Shown here one piece after another: positions 1 to 7,754 of a stretch of DNA of 64,000 nt. The stretch comes from Propionibacterium sp. (GTDB lineage Bacteria > Actinomycetota > Actinomycetes > Propionibacteriales > Propionibacteriaceae), in the NCBI GenBank assembly GCA_012517965.1, contig JAAYTZ010000078.1, forward strand, positions 20,885 through 84,884. Direction: 5' to 3'. Each line of letters opens with the position of its first letter. Positions within the stretch are counted from its first letter, which is position 1. Both the position numbers and the translations under genes were made by a program. The notes below the pieces were generated by a model. The model saw only the letters and a list, made by a program, of their open reading frames with translations, was not told the origin of the DNA and searched no databases.

Positions 1-1616
1 GCGTCCGGCTGATCGACCTCGGCTTCGCGCGGCTCGACCGTCCCGGCGCCGCGCTCGCGGACGCCCCCCGCGCCGGCGTGCCGTTCTACTTCGAACCCGA
101 GTATGCGCGCGCCGCCCGCGACCGGGCCGAGCCGCCGGCGTCCACCCGAGCCGGGGAGCAGTACGCGGTGGCGGCGCTGGCCTACCAGGTGTTCACCGGC
201 GACTTCTACCTGGACTTCTCGCTGGAGGCCGACGAACTGCTCCGCCAGGTCGCCGAGGACGCGCCGCTGCCGTTCGCCGCCCGCCGCATCCCGGCGTGGC
301 CGGCCGTCGAGGCCGTGCTCGGTCGCGCGCTCGCCAAGGCGCCCGGGGGCCGGTTCGGCTCCATGGCCGAGTTCGCGGCGGCGCTCGCGGCGGCGTCCCG
401 GACCCCACCGGACGCCCCGGGTGCCGCCGCGGCGTCCCTCGCCCGGGGGCCGGACGCGGGGGCCCGGCTCGTCGCCGACGTGCTGGCCCGCCTGGACCCC
501 GAGGCGGCGCTGTTCACTGGCGGGCTTCCGGCCGCCCCCACCTGCTCGGTCAAGCTCGGCGCCGCCGGCATCGCCTACGGCCTGCACCGCCTCGCCGCCG
601 CCCGCGATTCGGCGGACCTGCTCGCCTGGGCCGACGTCTGGTGCGCCCGCGCCCAGCGGGACGCCGACGCGCCGGACGCCTTCGTCAACGACGCCCTCGA
701 CCTGTCGGCGTCCCTGATCGGATCGGTGTCGCCCTACCACACCCGGGCGGGGGTGCAGGCGGTGGCGGCGCTCGTCGCACGCGCCCGCGACGACCTGCCG
801 GCGGCCGCCGCCGCCCTCGAGGCCTTCGTCGCCGACTCGCGCGCGGAGTGCCCCACCCGCGACCTCACGCTGGGTCGCGCGGGGACCCTGGTCGTGGGCG
901 CTCTGCTCGCCGAGGCCCTCCCACCCGACGACACCCTGCTCGCTCTGGGGCGCGACCGCCTGCGCTCGCTGTGGGACGAGGTGGCGGAGCTGCCTCCGGT
1001 CGACCGGTGCGCCGAGTGGCCCAACCTCGGCATCGCCCACGGCTGGGGCGGACTGGCCTTCGCCGGCCTGCGTTGGTGTGCGGCCACGGGCGACCCACTG
1101 CCGCCCGGCCTGACCGAGCGGCTCGACCAGCTCGCCGGCTGCGCCGAGCCCTGGGGGCGAGGGCTGCGCTGGCAGTGGCGCGCCCCCGAGACGCCGCGCT
1201 CGACCTGGGGGTACATGCCCGGCTGGTGCAACGGCAGCGCGGGCCTGGTGCCGCTGTGGACCCTGGCGCACCGCTCGCTCGGGGACGACCGGTGGCTCCG
1301 GCTCGCCGAGGCGGCCGCCTGGAACGCCTGGGAGGATCCGGCCGAAGCCGGCAACCTGTGCTGCGGCCTCGCGGGTCGCGCCTACGGCCTGCTCGCGCTG
1401 TATCGGCACACCGGGGACCGCGTCTGGTTGGAGCGCGCCCGGGTCCTCGGTCGGGCGGCCGCCGCGGCCGAGCGGGACCCCGAGCTGCCCTGGTACAGCC
1501 TCTACAAGGGCGAACTGGGGGTGGCGGTCCTGGTCGCCGAGCTGGCCGATCCGGACGCGGCGGCCCTGCCCTTCTTCGAGGCGGAGGGGTGGCCCGCCGC
1601 CGCTCCGCGGGGATGA
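1..1616 (+). CDS. Ser/Thr protein kinase - LanC-like (lanthionine cyclase) fusion protein, 5'-truncated by the window edge
   Basis: Frame 3 is open from position 3: VRLIDLGFA (kinase DFG-like motif), then RAGVPFYFEPE (APE-like) and a kinase C-lobe. A LanC alpha/alpha-barrel follows with GIAHG, GWCNG and LCCG motifs. Stop at 1616. Confidence 0.85.
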   Translation, partial: VRLIDLGFARLDRPGAALADAPRAGVPFYFEPEYARAARDRAEPPASTRAGEQYAVAALAYQVFTGDFYLDFSLEADELLRQVAEDAPLPFAARRIPAWPAVEAVLGRALAKAPGGRFGSMAEFAAALAAASRTPPDAPGAAAASLARGPDAGARLVADVLARLDPEAALFTGGLPAAPTCSVKLGAAGIAYGLHRLAAARDSADLLAWADVWCARAQRDADAPDAFVNDALDLSASLIGSVSPYHTRAGVQAVAALVARARDDLPAAAAALEAFVADSRAECPTRDLTLGRAGTLVVGALLAEALPPDDTLLALGRDRLRSLWDEVAELPPVDRCAEWPNLGIAHGWGGLAFAGLRWCAATGDPLPPGLTERLDQLAGCAEPWGRGLRWQWRAPETPRSTWGYMPGWCNGSAGLVPLWTLAHRSLGDDRWLRLAEAAAWNAWEDPAEAGNLCCGLAGRAYGLLALYRHTGDRVWLERARVLGRAAAAAERDPELPWYSLYKGELGVAVLVAELADPDAAALPFFEAEGWPAAAPRG

Positions 1617-1640
1617 CCAACCGAGAGACAGGAGGCGACC

Positions 1641-2645
1641 ATGCCCTTGAACCGCTACGGCGTCCTGGTCGGGCGAGCGCTCGACCGGCGACGGGAGGGG
1701 AGCACCGACACCCCGCACTACCAGATCCACGTCGGCACGGACGGCGGCGAGCAGTACCGCATCGCCATCAACGTGCTGTCCGCGCAGGCTCCGTCCGAAC
1801 TGCTCTACCTCGTCGACGACGACTTCGCCCATCCGCTGCTGGCCGGCATCACCGGGCTGGCCGACGGGTGGCACCCGCTGCCGTCGACGCCGGGCGGCGC
1901 CGCGCTCGACTTCATCCGGGGCAACCTGTTCGACCCGGGGGCGATGCGGGTGCTGCCGCCCGACGTGTCGGGGCCGGACAACGACCTGGCCGACCTGTTC
2001 GAGCACTACGTCCAGCGCGCGATGGCGGACCCCGGGGCGCGCCTGTACGCGTTCGGGCAACGGTGGGGCCCCGAGGCCGGAGTGCCCGACAAGATCTTCG
2101 GCTTCCTGCCCGGCAACGGCGTCCACGACATCCACATGAACCAGGGCAACGGCGGCGCGTACACGCGGGACGACGGCGTCTGGCAGGACGGCGGGCTGAT
2201 CTTCCACTTCCCCGGCGAGGGCCGCTGGGTGGCCGTGTTCCTGGCGTTCCAGAGCCAGGCGTGGCACACCGACGACACCACCGGCCACGCGATCGGCGGC
2301 GGACCCGCCCCATCGGCCGACGCGGCGGTCGTGCGCGTGCTGGCCGCGCTGGTGAACCCCGTCGGGCCCGCCCCCGAACACGAGTGGGTGCTGCTCCTGA
2401 ACGCGTCGCCCGACCCGGTCGATGTCACCGGTTGGAGCCTGTCCGACCGCGCCAAGACGCGCACGCCGGTGCCCGCCCAGGTGCTGCGGCCGGGCGACAC
2501 GCTCACGGTGCGCCTGGGTGTCGGGGGCGCCGTGCTCGGCAACAAGGGCGGCCAGATCACCCTGTTGGACGCCGACGGCCTGAAGGTGCACGGCGTCTCC
2601 TACACCGAGCCGGACGCCCGGGAGGGCTGGGTGGTGGTCTTCTGA
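1641..2645 (+). CDS. DUF2278 (YukJ-like) family protein with C-terminal lamin-tail (LTD) domain
   Basis: GGAGG RBS. N-terminus YGVLVG...HYQI and motif GNGVHDIHMNQGN match DUF2278. C-terminal EWVLLLNASPDPVDVTGWSLSD...LGNKGGQITLLD matches LTD. Confidence 0.75.
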   Translation: MPLNRYGVLVGRALDRRREGSTDTPHYQIHVGTDGGEQYRIAINVLSAQAPSELLYLVDDDFAHPLLAGITGLADGWHPLPSTPGGAALDFIRGNLFDPGAMRVLPPDVSGPDNDLADLFEHYVQRAMADPGARLYAFGQRWGPEAGVPDKIFGFLPGNGVHDIHMNQGNGGAYTRDDGVWQDGGLIFHFPGEGRWVAVFLAFQSQAWHTDDTTGHAIGGGPAPSADAAVVRVLAALVNPVGPAPEHEWVLLLNASPDPVDVTGWSLSDRAKTRTPVPAQVLRPGDTLTVRLGVGGAVLGNKGGQITLLDADGLKVHGVSYTEPDAREGWVVVF

Positions 2646-2706
2646 GCCGCGCCGGGAGGGGTCCCGCGCCCTCGTGCCGCAACCCGGTCGCGGCTACGCT
2701 CGACGT

Positions 2707-4512
2707 ATGAAGCGGCTCCGGAGCGTGCTTGGGCTCGTCGTCCTGATCGTCGTCGCGCTGGTCGGGGCGACCCCGGCCCACGCCGACGACGACCACCCCA
2801 CCTGGCGCGTCCAGCGCTACGAACAGCGGGTCTCGCTGGACGCCGCCGGCACCGCGGCGGTGCGGCTCGACCTCTACTTCGACTTCGCCAACGACCCCGG
2901 CCGCGGGCCCTACCTGTGGTTCCCGCTGCGCCAGGAGGTCGCCGGCGATCCCGACGTGTGGCGGGTCTTCGACGTGACCGTGAACTCGGTCACCAGCACC
3001 ACGGGGGCGTCCACCGAGCTGCGCCAGCAGGTCGAGGACGGCAACCTCGTCCTGCGGATCGGCTCCGAGAACCGCAAGGACCGCCGCGGCGTCCAGCACT
3101 ACGTCATCGACTACACGATCCGCGGGCTCGTCGAGCCCGGGGCGTCCTCGGGCCTGGACGAGTTCAACTGGAACGCCGTCGGGCTGGGTTGGACGGTGCC
3201 CCTGAGTTCCGTCCGGGTGGAGCTCACCGGCCCGGTCGCCGCCCAGCGGACGGCCTGCTTCCAGGGCCGCGCCTTCGACCGGCCGTGCGAGGCCGGCGCG
3301 CCGGCGTCCACCGTCGAGTACTCCGCCGGGCCGCTGCGGAAGGGCGAGGGCGTCCAGGTGGTCGCCGGCTACCCCGCGGGCACGTTCGTGGGCGCCGAAC
3401 CCCGCTACGCGAAGCGGTACCACATCGGGAACATGTTCCCGCTGACGCCGGCGTCCGCGGGGCTGACCGGCGCCCTCGCGGCCCTCGGGCTGGGCGCGCT
3501 GCTGCTGCAGGTGCGGCGGTCCCGGGATGTGGCGTATGTCGGCCTGACGCCCGGGCTGCGGCCTGTGGCCGGGCAGGAGACCCGCGTCGCGCCGGTGGGG
3601 AAGACGCCGGTGGCGGTGCAGTTCCGGCCGCCGGAGGGCGCCCGCCCCGGCGAACTGGGGACGCTCATCGACGGTTCGGCCGGCACCATCGACGTGACGG
3701 CGACCCTGGTCGATCTCGCCGTCCGCGGCCACCTGCGCATCACCGAACTCGAGAAGAAGAAGTGGCAGTTCGACCGCCTGGACAACCCCGAGCCGCTGAC
3801 CAAGCCGGAGAAGAACCTCCTCTCGGCCCTGTTCTCGTCGGGCCCCAGCGTGCGCAGCGACGCGATCAAGCCGAAGCAGTACCAGCGCATGTTCCCCGGC
3901 ACGAAGACGCTGCTCGACAAGCGAGTCACCACCGAGCTCGGCTGGTTCCGGCGGCGCCCGGGCGTCACCCGGGCCGGGGTCTACCTGGTCGGCGTCGGGC
4001 TGATGGCGGGCGGGCTCGCCCTGGGCCTGGTGCTGGCGTTCACCCTCGGGCTCGGGCTGGCCGGCCTCGCCCCGATCGTGGTCGGGGTCGTCACGATGGC
4101 GCTGGCCGGCCGGTTCACCCGCCGGACGCCGGACGGAACCGCCGTCCTCGCCCAGACCCGCGGTTTCGAGCTGTACCTGCGCACGGCCGAGGCCGACCAG
4201 ATCAAGTTCGAGGAGTCGATCGACGTCTTCAGCCGCTACCTGCCGTACGCGATCGTGTTCGGCGTCGCGGAGCGGTGGGCGAAGGTCTTCCAGGACCTGG
4301 CTGCCCAGGGCCGCTACACCGCCGACACCTCCTGGTACGTCGGCCCCTACGGTTCCGTGTACAACCCGGGGTTCGCCCACTCGATCGGCGACCTGGGCCA
4401 CCAGCTGGGGGCGCAGTTCGCCGCCTCGGCGGCGCCCCGTGGCGGCAGCGGCGGCGGGTCGGGCTTCTCCGGCGGCGGCGGCTTCGGCGGCGGGGGCGGC
4501 GGCGGCTGGTGA
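2707..4512 (+). CDS. DUF2207 family membrane protein
   Basis: Signal peptide ending AHA-DD, extracytoplasmic domain with LDEFNWNAVG, motif TATLVDLAVRGHL, TM helices, YLPYAIVFGVAERW and a Gly-rich tail GGGGFGGGGGGGW. Confidence 0.8.
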   Translation: MKRLRSVLGLVVLIVVALVGATPAHADDDHPTWRVQRYEQRVSLDAAGTAAVRLDLYFDFANDPGRGPYLWFPLRQEVAGDPDVWRVFDVTVNSVTSTTGASTELRQQVEDGNLVLRIGSENRKDRRGVQHYVIDYTIRGLVEPGASSGLDEFNWNAVGLGWTVPLSSVRVELTGPVAAQRTACFQGRAFDRPCEAGAPASTVEYSAGPLRKGEGVQVVAGYPAGTFVGAEPRYAKRYHIGNMFPLTPASAGLTGALAALGLGALLLQVRRSRDVAYVGLTPGLRPVAGQETRVAPVGKTPVAVQFRPPEGARPGELGTLIDGSAGTIDVTATLVDLAVRGHLRITELEKKKWQFDRLDNPEPLTKPEKNLLSALFSSGPSVRSDAIKPKQYQRMFPGTKTLLDKRVTTELGWFRRRPGVTRAGVYLVGVGLMAGGLALGLVLAFTLGLGLAGLAPIVVGVVTMALAGRFTRRTPDGTAVLAQTRGFELYLRTAEADQIKFEESIDVFSRYLPYAIVFGVAERWAKVFQDLAAQGRYTADTSWYVGPYGSVYNPGFAHSIGDLGHQLGAQFAASAAPRGGSGGGSGFSGGGGFGGGGGGGW

Positions 4513-4593
4513 CCGGTCCGTTCGGTCGCTGGTGCGGGCCCGCGTCCCGGCGGTTCCCAGCTGTCCCCCCGAGGCCGGTGCCGGAGCCGGCGC

Positions 4594-4887
4594 TCAGGCG
4601 AGCTCGAGGAACAGTTTCTCGAGCTTGGCGAGGTCGGCGGGGGTCGAGGTGGGGTCGGTCAGGCACTGCCGCATCGCATGGTTGAGCAGCAGGTAGCCCG
4701 TCTTGTTGAGCGCGGCGGTGGCGGCGGCGAGCACATGGACGACGTCGCCGCACGCGCGGCCCTCCTCGAGCATCCCCACGATGGCGCCCACTTGCCCCTG
4801 CACCCGGCGCAGCCGGTGCCGCACGGCGCTCAGTTCTTCCGGGCTCAGCAGAGCCGGCTCCCCCGGGGTGGGTGCGTCAGTGGTCAC
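4594..4887 (-). CDS. CsoR/RcnR/CstR family metal- or persulfide-sensing transcriptional repressor
   Basis: RLRRVQGQVGAIVGMLEEGRAC...MRQCL...LEKLFL. GTG start at 4887 with a GAGAGGGGA RBS is preferred over 4947. Confidence 0.85.
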   Translation of the reverse strand: MTTDAPTPGEPALLSPEELSAVRHRLRRVQGQVGAIVGMLEEGRACGDVVHVLAAATAALNKTGYLLLNHAMRQCLTDPTSTPADLAKLEKLFLELA

Positions 4888-4905
4888 GGGTCCCCTCTCG
4901 ACCCG

Positions 4906-4933
4906 ACCATAATACCCCAGGGGGTATTGTGGT
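4906..4933. promoter_or_regulatory. CsoR-family operator overlapping the promoter of the csoR-like gene
   Basis: Perfect inverted repeat AATACCCC-AG-GGGGTATT (4911-4928), extended by ACCAT/GTGGT. It overlaps a minus-strand TATTAT -10 hexamer (4909-4914) and matches the TAC-C-tract/G-tract-GTA style of CsoR-family operators. Confidence 0.75.
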
Positions 4934-4961
4934 GTACACGGGCTCACCGCCCGCTCGAGCC

Positions 4962-6641
4962 CTAGGCCAGAGGCCGGGTGTCCTCCGCCATGCGCTCACG
5001 GCGATCCTGGAGCTTGGCGCGCCGCCGGATCGGCAGGTCGTGCCAAAGGATGCCGGCCACGAGCCAGACGCCGCCGGTCACCGCGATCACGAGCACCACG
5101 ACCGCCAGGGCCGGATAGCCCGCCACGGTAGGCCCCGCGTCGACGAACGTCAGCAGCGCGCCGGCGACGATCATGGCGGCCAGCACCAGTCCCGCCGTCA
5201 GCCGGTTGGCGACCTGGCCGAGGACGCTCAGCGCGCGGCTCTCGTCGAACGCCCGGACCCGCAGTTCGAGCTCGCCCTGGGCCAGGGCCTCAAGGATCCG
5301 GTTCGCGCGGCGCGGCAGCCGGCTGATGAACTCCTTGCCCTCCAGGGAGTCGACGAACAGGGAGCCGGCGCTCGGCTTCCAGCCGGCCTCGACGATGGTC
5401 GCGATGTTGTCGGAGATCGCGTCGACCGGCGAGAAGCCGGGGTCGAGGTGCTGGGTCGCCTTGTCGAGGTTCAGCAGCGCCTTCGCGACCAGCGTCATCT
5501 CCGCGGGCGGGCGCAGCCCGTGGGTGCCCGACAGGCGGGCCAACTCGATGAGCACGGTGCCGGCCTGCAGGTCCGAGCCCAGGGACAGCGTCGAGGACAC
5601 CAGGTGGGCCACGTCGTCGCGGAAGGCGCCGGCGTCGAAGTCGGGAAGCGGATGGCCCATGCCCGCGAGGGTGGACGCCGCGGCGTCCCCGTCGCCGTCG
5701 GCGATGCTGACGAGCAACTTCACCAGCGAACTGCGCACCGGCTTCGGGATGCGGGCCACCATGCCGAGGTCGATCAGGCCGAGCTTGCCGTCCGGGGTGA
5801 GCAGGAGGTTCCCGGGGTGCGGGTCGGCGTGCAGGACGCCGTCGACCAGCATCGCGCGCAGCATGAACCGGAACAGCGAGCCGGCGAGCCGGGGCCCGTC
5901 GACGTCCAGCAGGCCGAGGGGGGAGACGTCGGTGACCTTCTTGCCGGGGACGAACTGCAGCGTCAGGACGGCGTCCGTGGAGTAGTCGGCGATCGGCAGC
6001 GGCACGACGAGATCGTCCTCGTCCTTGGCGAGGTCCGCGAACAGGCGCAGGTGGGCGGCCTCCTTGCGGTAGTCCAGTTCGTCGCCCATGCTGCGGCGGA
6101 ACTGGCCGAGCATGCGGGACGCCCCCAGTCGCGGTCCGATCGGGGTGTTGCGGTCCACGAAGTCGGCGAGCTGGGTCAGCGACGCCAGGTCCCGCTGCAC
6201 CTGCTCGCGCGCCCCGGGCCGCAGGACCTTGACCACGACCTCCTTGCCGGTGCGCGTGGTCGCGCGGTGCACCTGGGCGAGGGACGCCGCGGCGAGGGGG
6301 GTGTCGTCGAAATCGCTGAACAGCGTCGACACGGACGCCCCGAGTTCGGCCTCGATCACGGCCCGGACGTCCTCGACGACCGCCGCATCGACCCGGTCCT
6401 GCAGGCGGGCCAGCGCCGCCGTGTAGCTGGGCGGCAGCAGGTCCTCCCGGGTGGACAGCAGTTGGCCGAACTTGATGTACGCCGGCCCGTAGCTCTCCAG
6501 GGAGCGGGCGAAGTCCTCCCCGTCCGCGGCCGAGGCGGCCTCGTCGCCGGGGCCCGTCGAGCCGGCGCCGGGGGTTCGGAAGGCCTTGGCGTGCTTGGCG
6601 AGCAGGGTGCCCAGGCGAGCGATGGTGGTCAGGTCGGGCAT
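4962..6641 (-). CDS. ABC1/UbiB/AarF family atypical kinase
   Basis: YIKFGQLLSTREDLLP, LAAASLAQVHRA, VVVKV, LHADPHPGN, LIDLGMV and C-terminal TM helices. ATG at 6641 with AGGAGAG RBS. Confidence 0.9.
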   Translation of the reverse strand: MPDLTTIARLGTLLAKHAKAFRTPGAGSTGPGDEAASAADGEDFARSLESYGPAYIKFGQLLSTREDLLPPSYTAALARLQDRVDAAVVEDVRAVIEAELGASVSTLFSDFDDTPLAAASLAQVHRATTRTGKEVVVKVLRPGAREQVQRDLASLTQLADFVDRNTPIGPRLGASRMLGQFRRSMGDELDYRKEAAHLRLFADLAKDEDDLVVPLPIADYSTDAVLTLQFVPGKKVTDVSPLGLLDVDGPRLAGSLFRFMLRAMLVDGVLHADPHPGNLLLTPDGKLGLIDLGMVARIPKPVRSSLVKLLVSIADGDGDAAASTLAGMGHPLPDFDAGAFRDDVAHLVSSTLSLGSDLQAGTVLIELARLSGTHGLRPPAEMTLVAKALLNLDKATQHLDPGFSPVDAISDNIATIVEAGWKPSAGSLFVDSLEGKEFISRLPRRANRILEALAQGELELRVRAFDESRALSVLGQVANRLTAGLVLAAMIVAGALLTFVDAGPTVAGYPALAVVVLVIAVTGGVWLVAGILWHDLPIRRRAKLQDRRERMAEDTRPLA

Positions 6642-6692
6642 GGCTCTCCTGTCTGGCCGGGCGCACTCCCAGGCCCGCGGCTCAACGTTAGT

Positions 6693-6917
6693 GTCCGGAT
6701 CGTCGGGTTCATCTGGGCCATCGCCGACAAGTGGATCACCACCGGCCGGCAGCGGTCGCGGGCCGACATCGTCGAGTTCGCCGGACGCCTCTTCGACCCT
6801 GCGTTCGGCCACCAGGGGCAGGCCGGGGCCTCCACGGCTCGCGCCGATCTCGCCTTCCCGGAGGCGCCCGTCCGCGTCGGGCGGGCCCTCAAGGCGGACG
6901 CCGCGCCGCCCGCCTGA
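6693..6917 (+). pseudogene. Start-less 3' gene remnant, possibly the C-terminus of a TetR-family regulator
   Basis: Strongly coding-like codons (VRIVGFIWAIADKWITTGRQRSRADIVEFAGRLFD) ending in TGA at 6917, with no nearby in-frame start. The family guess is weak. Confidence 0.35.
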
Positions 6918-6942
6918 CCCGTACCCCGCCCGCCGCGGCTCC

Positions 6943-7404
6943 TCAGCCGCGCCGGAGCAGGGGCGCCACCCGGTAGGGGATGACCTCGCGCAGGAAGACG
7001 CTGGTGGACGTGCGGAGGATGCCCGGACACAGCCGGATCTCCTCGGCGACCCGGTAGAGGTCCTCGGGGTCCTTCGCGACCGCCCGGCACAGCAGGTCGG
7101 TGCCGCCGGCGGGGGCCACGCACTCCAGCACCTCGGGGATCTCGCTGACCGCCGCGATCGCGTCGTCGAGGCGGTGCTGGTCGAGTTCGGTGGCGACGTT
7201 CGCGGCAAGGCCGCGGCCGAGGGCGGCCGGCAGGACGCGCGAACTCGCCAACCGCAGGACGCCCTCGCGCGTCAGCCGGTCGAGCCGCGCCTGGATGGTG
7301 CCGCGGGCGAGGCCGGTCCGCTGCGCGATGGTCATCGTGGGCATGCGGGGGTCGTCGTCGAGCACGGTGAGCAGCAGCCGGTCGGTCGCATCGAGCCGAT
7401 ACAT
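6943..7404 (-). CDS. Lrp/AsnC family transcriptional regulator
   Basis: LDATDRLLLTVLDDDPRMPTMTIAQRTGLARGTIQARLDRL HTH plus a RAM domain (EVLEC...GGTDLLCRAVAKD). Confidence 0.9.
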   Translation of the reverse strand: MYRLDATDRLLLTVLDDDPRMPTMTIAQRTGLARGTIQARLDRLTREGVLRLASSRVLPAALGRGLAANVATELDQHRLDDAIAAVSEIPEVLECVAPAGGTDLLCRAVAKDPEDLYRVAEEIRLCPGILRTSTSVFLREVIPYRVAPLLRRG

Positions 7405-7754
7405 GGGCCCCTCCTGGCGATTTGATCAATCTGCGGCGCGAATCGGGCCGTGAACCGAGCATAGTGCGCAATGTGCGCACCGGCAGTTGCGCAGATTGTC
7501 GAGCGGGTGTTGGTTTGGTGGTGGCGGAGGTCACGAGCCGAAGCCGACGGCAGACCGAACCGGTTCAGCACCCAGAGCCGGCAGGGTCGGGGTCCGCGAC
7601 CCCGCGCCGCATCCCGCGTGGTCGAGACCCGGCCCAGGGGAACCGAGGCACCGACCGCCCCGCCGCGACCGCGGCGCCGGCGGTGCCGGACGCCCACGTG
7701 CCGGGCCACAGTCGGCCCGGCCACCCCGGCCCAGCCCCTGCCATGATGGGGCCC

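Noticed and set aside
4459-4512. GGC-rich simple repeat
   Set aside because: It encodes the normal Gly-rich C-terminal tail of DUF2207 proteins.
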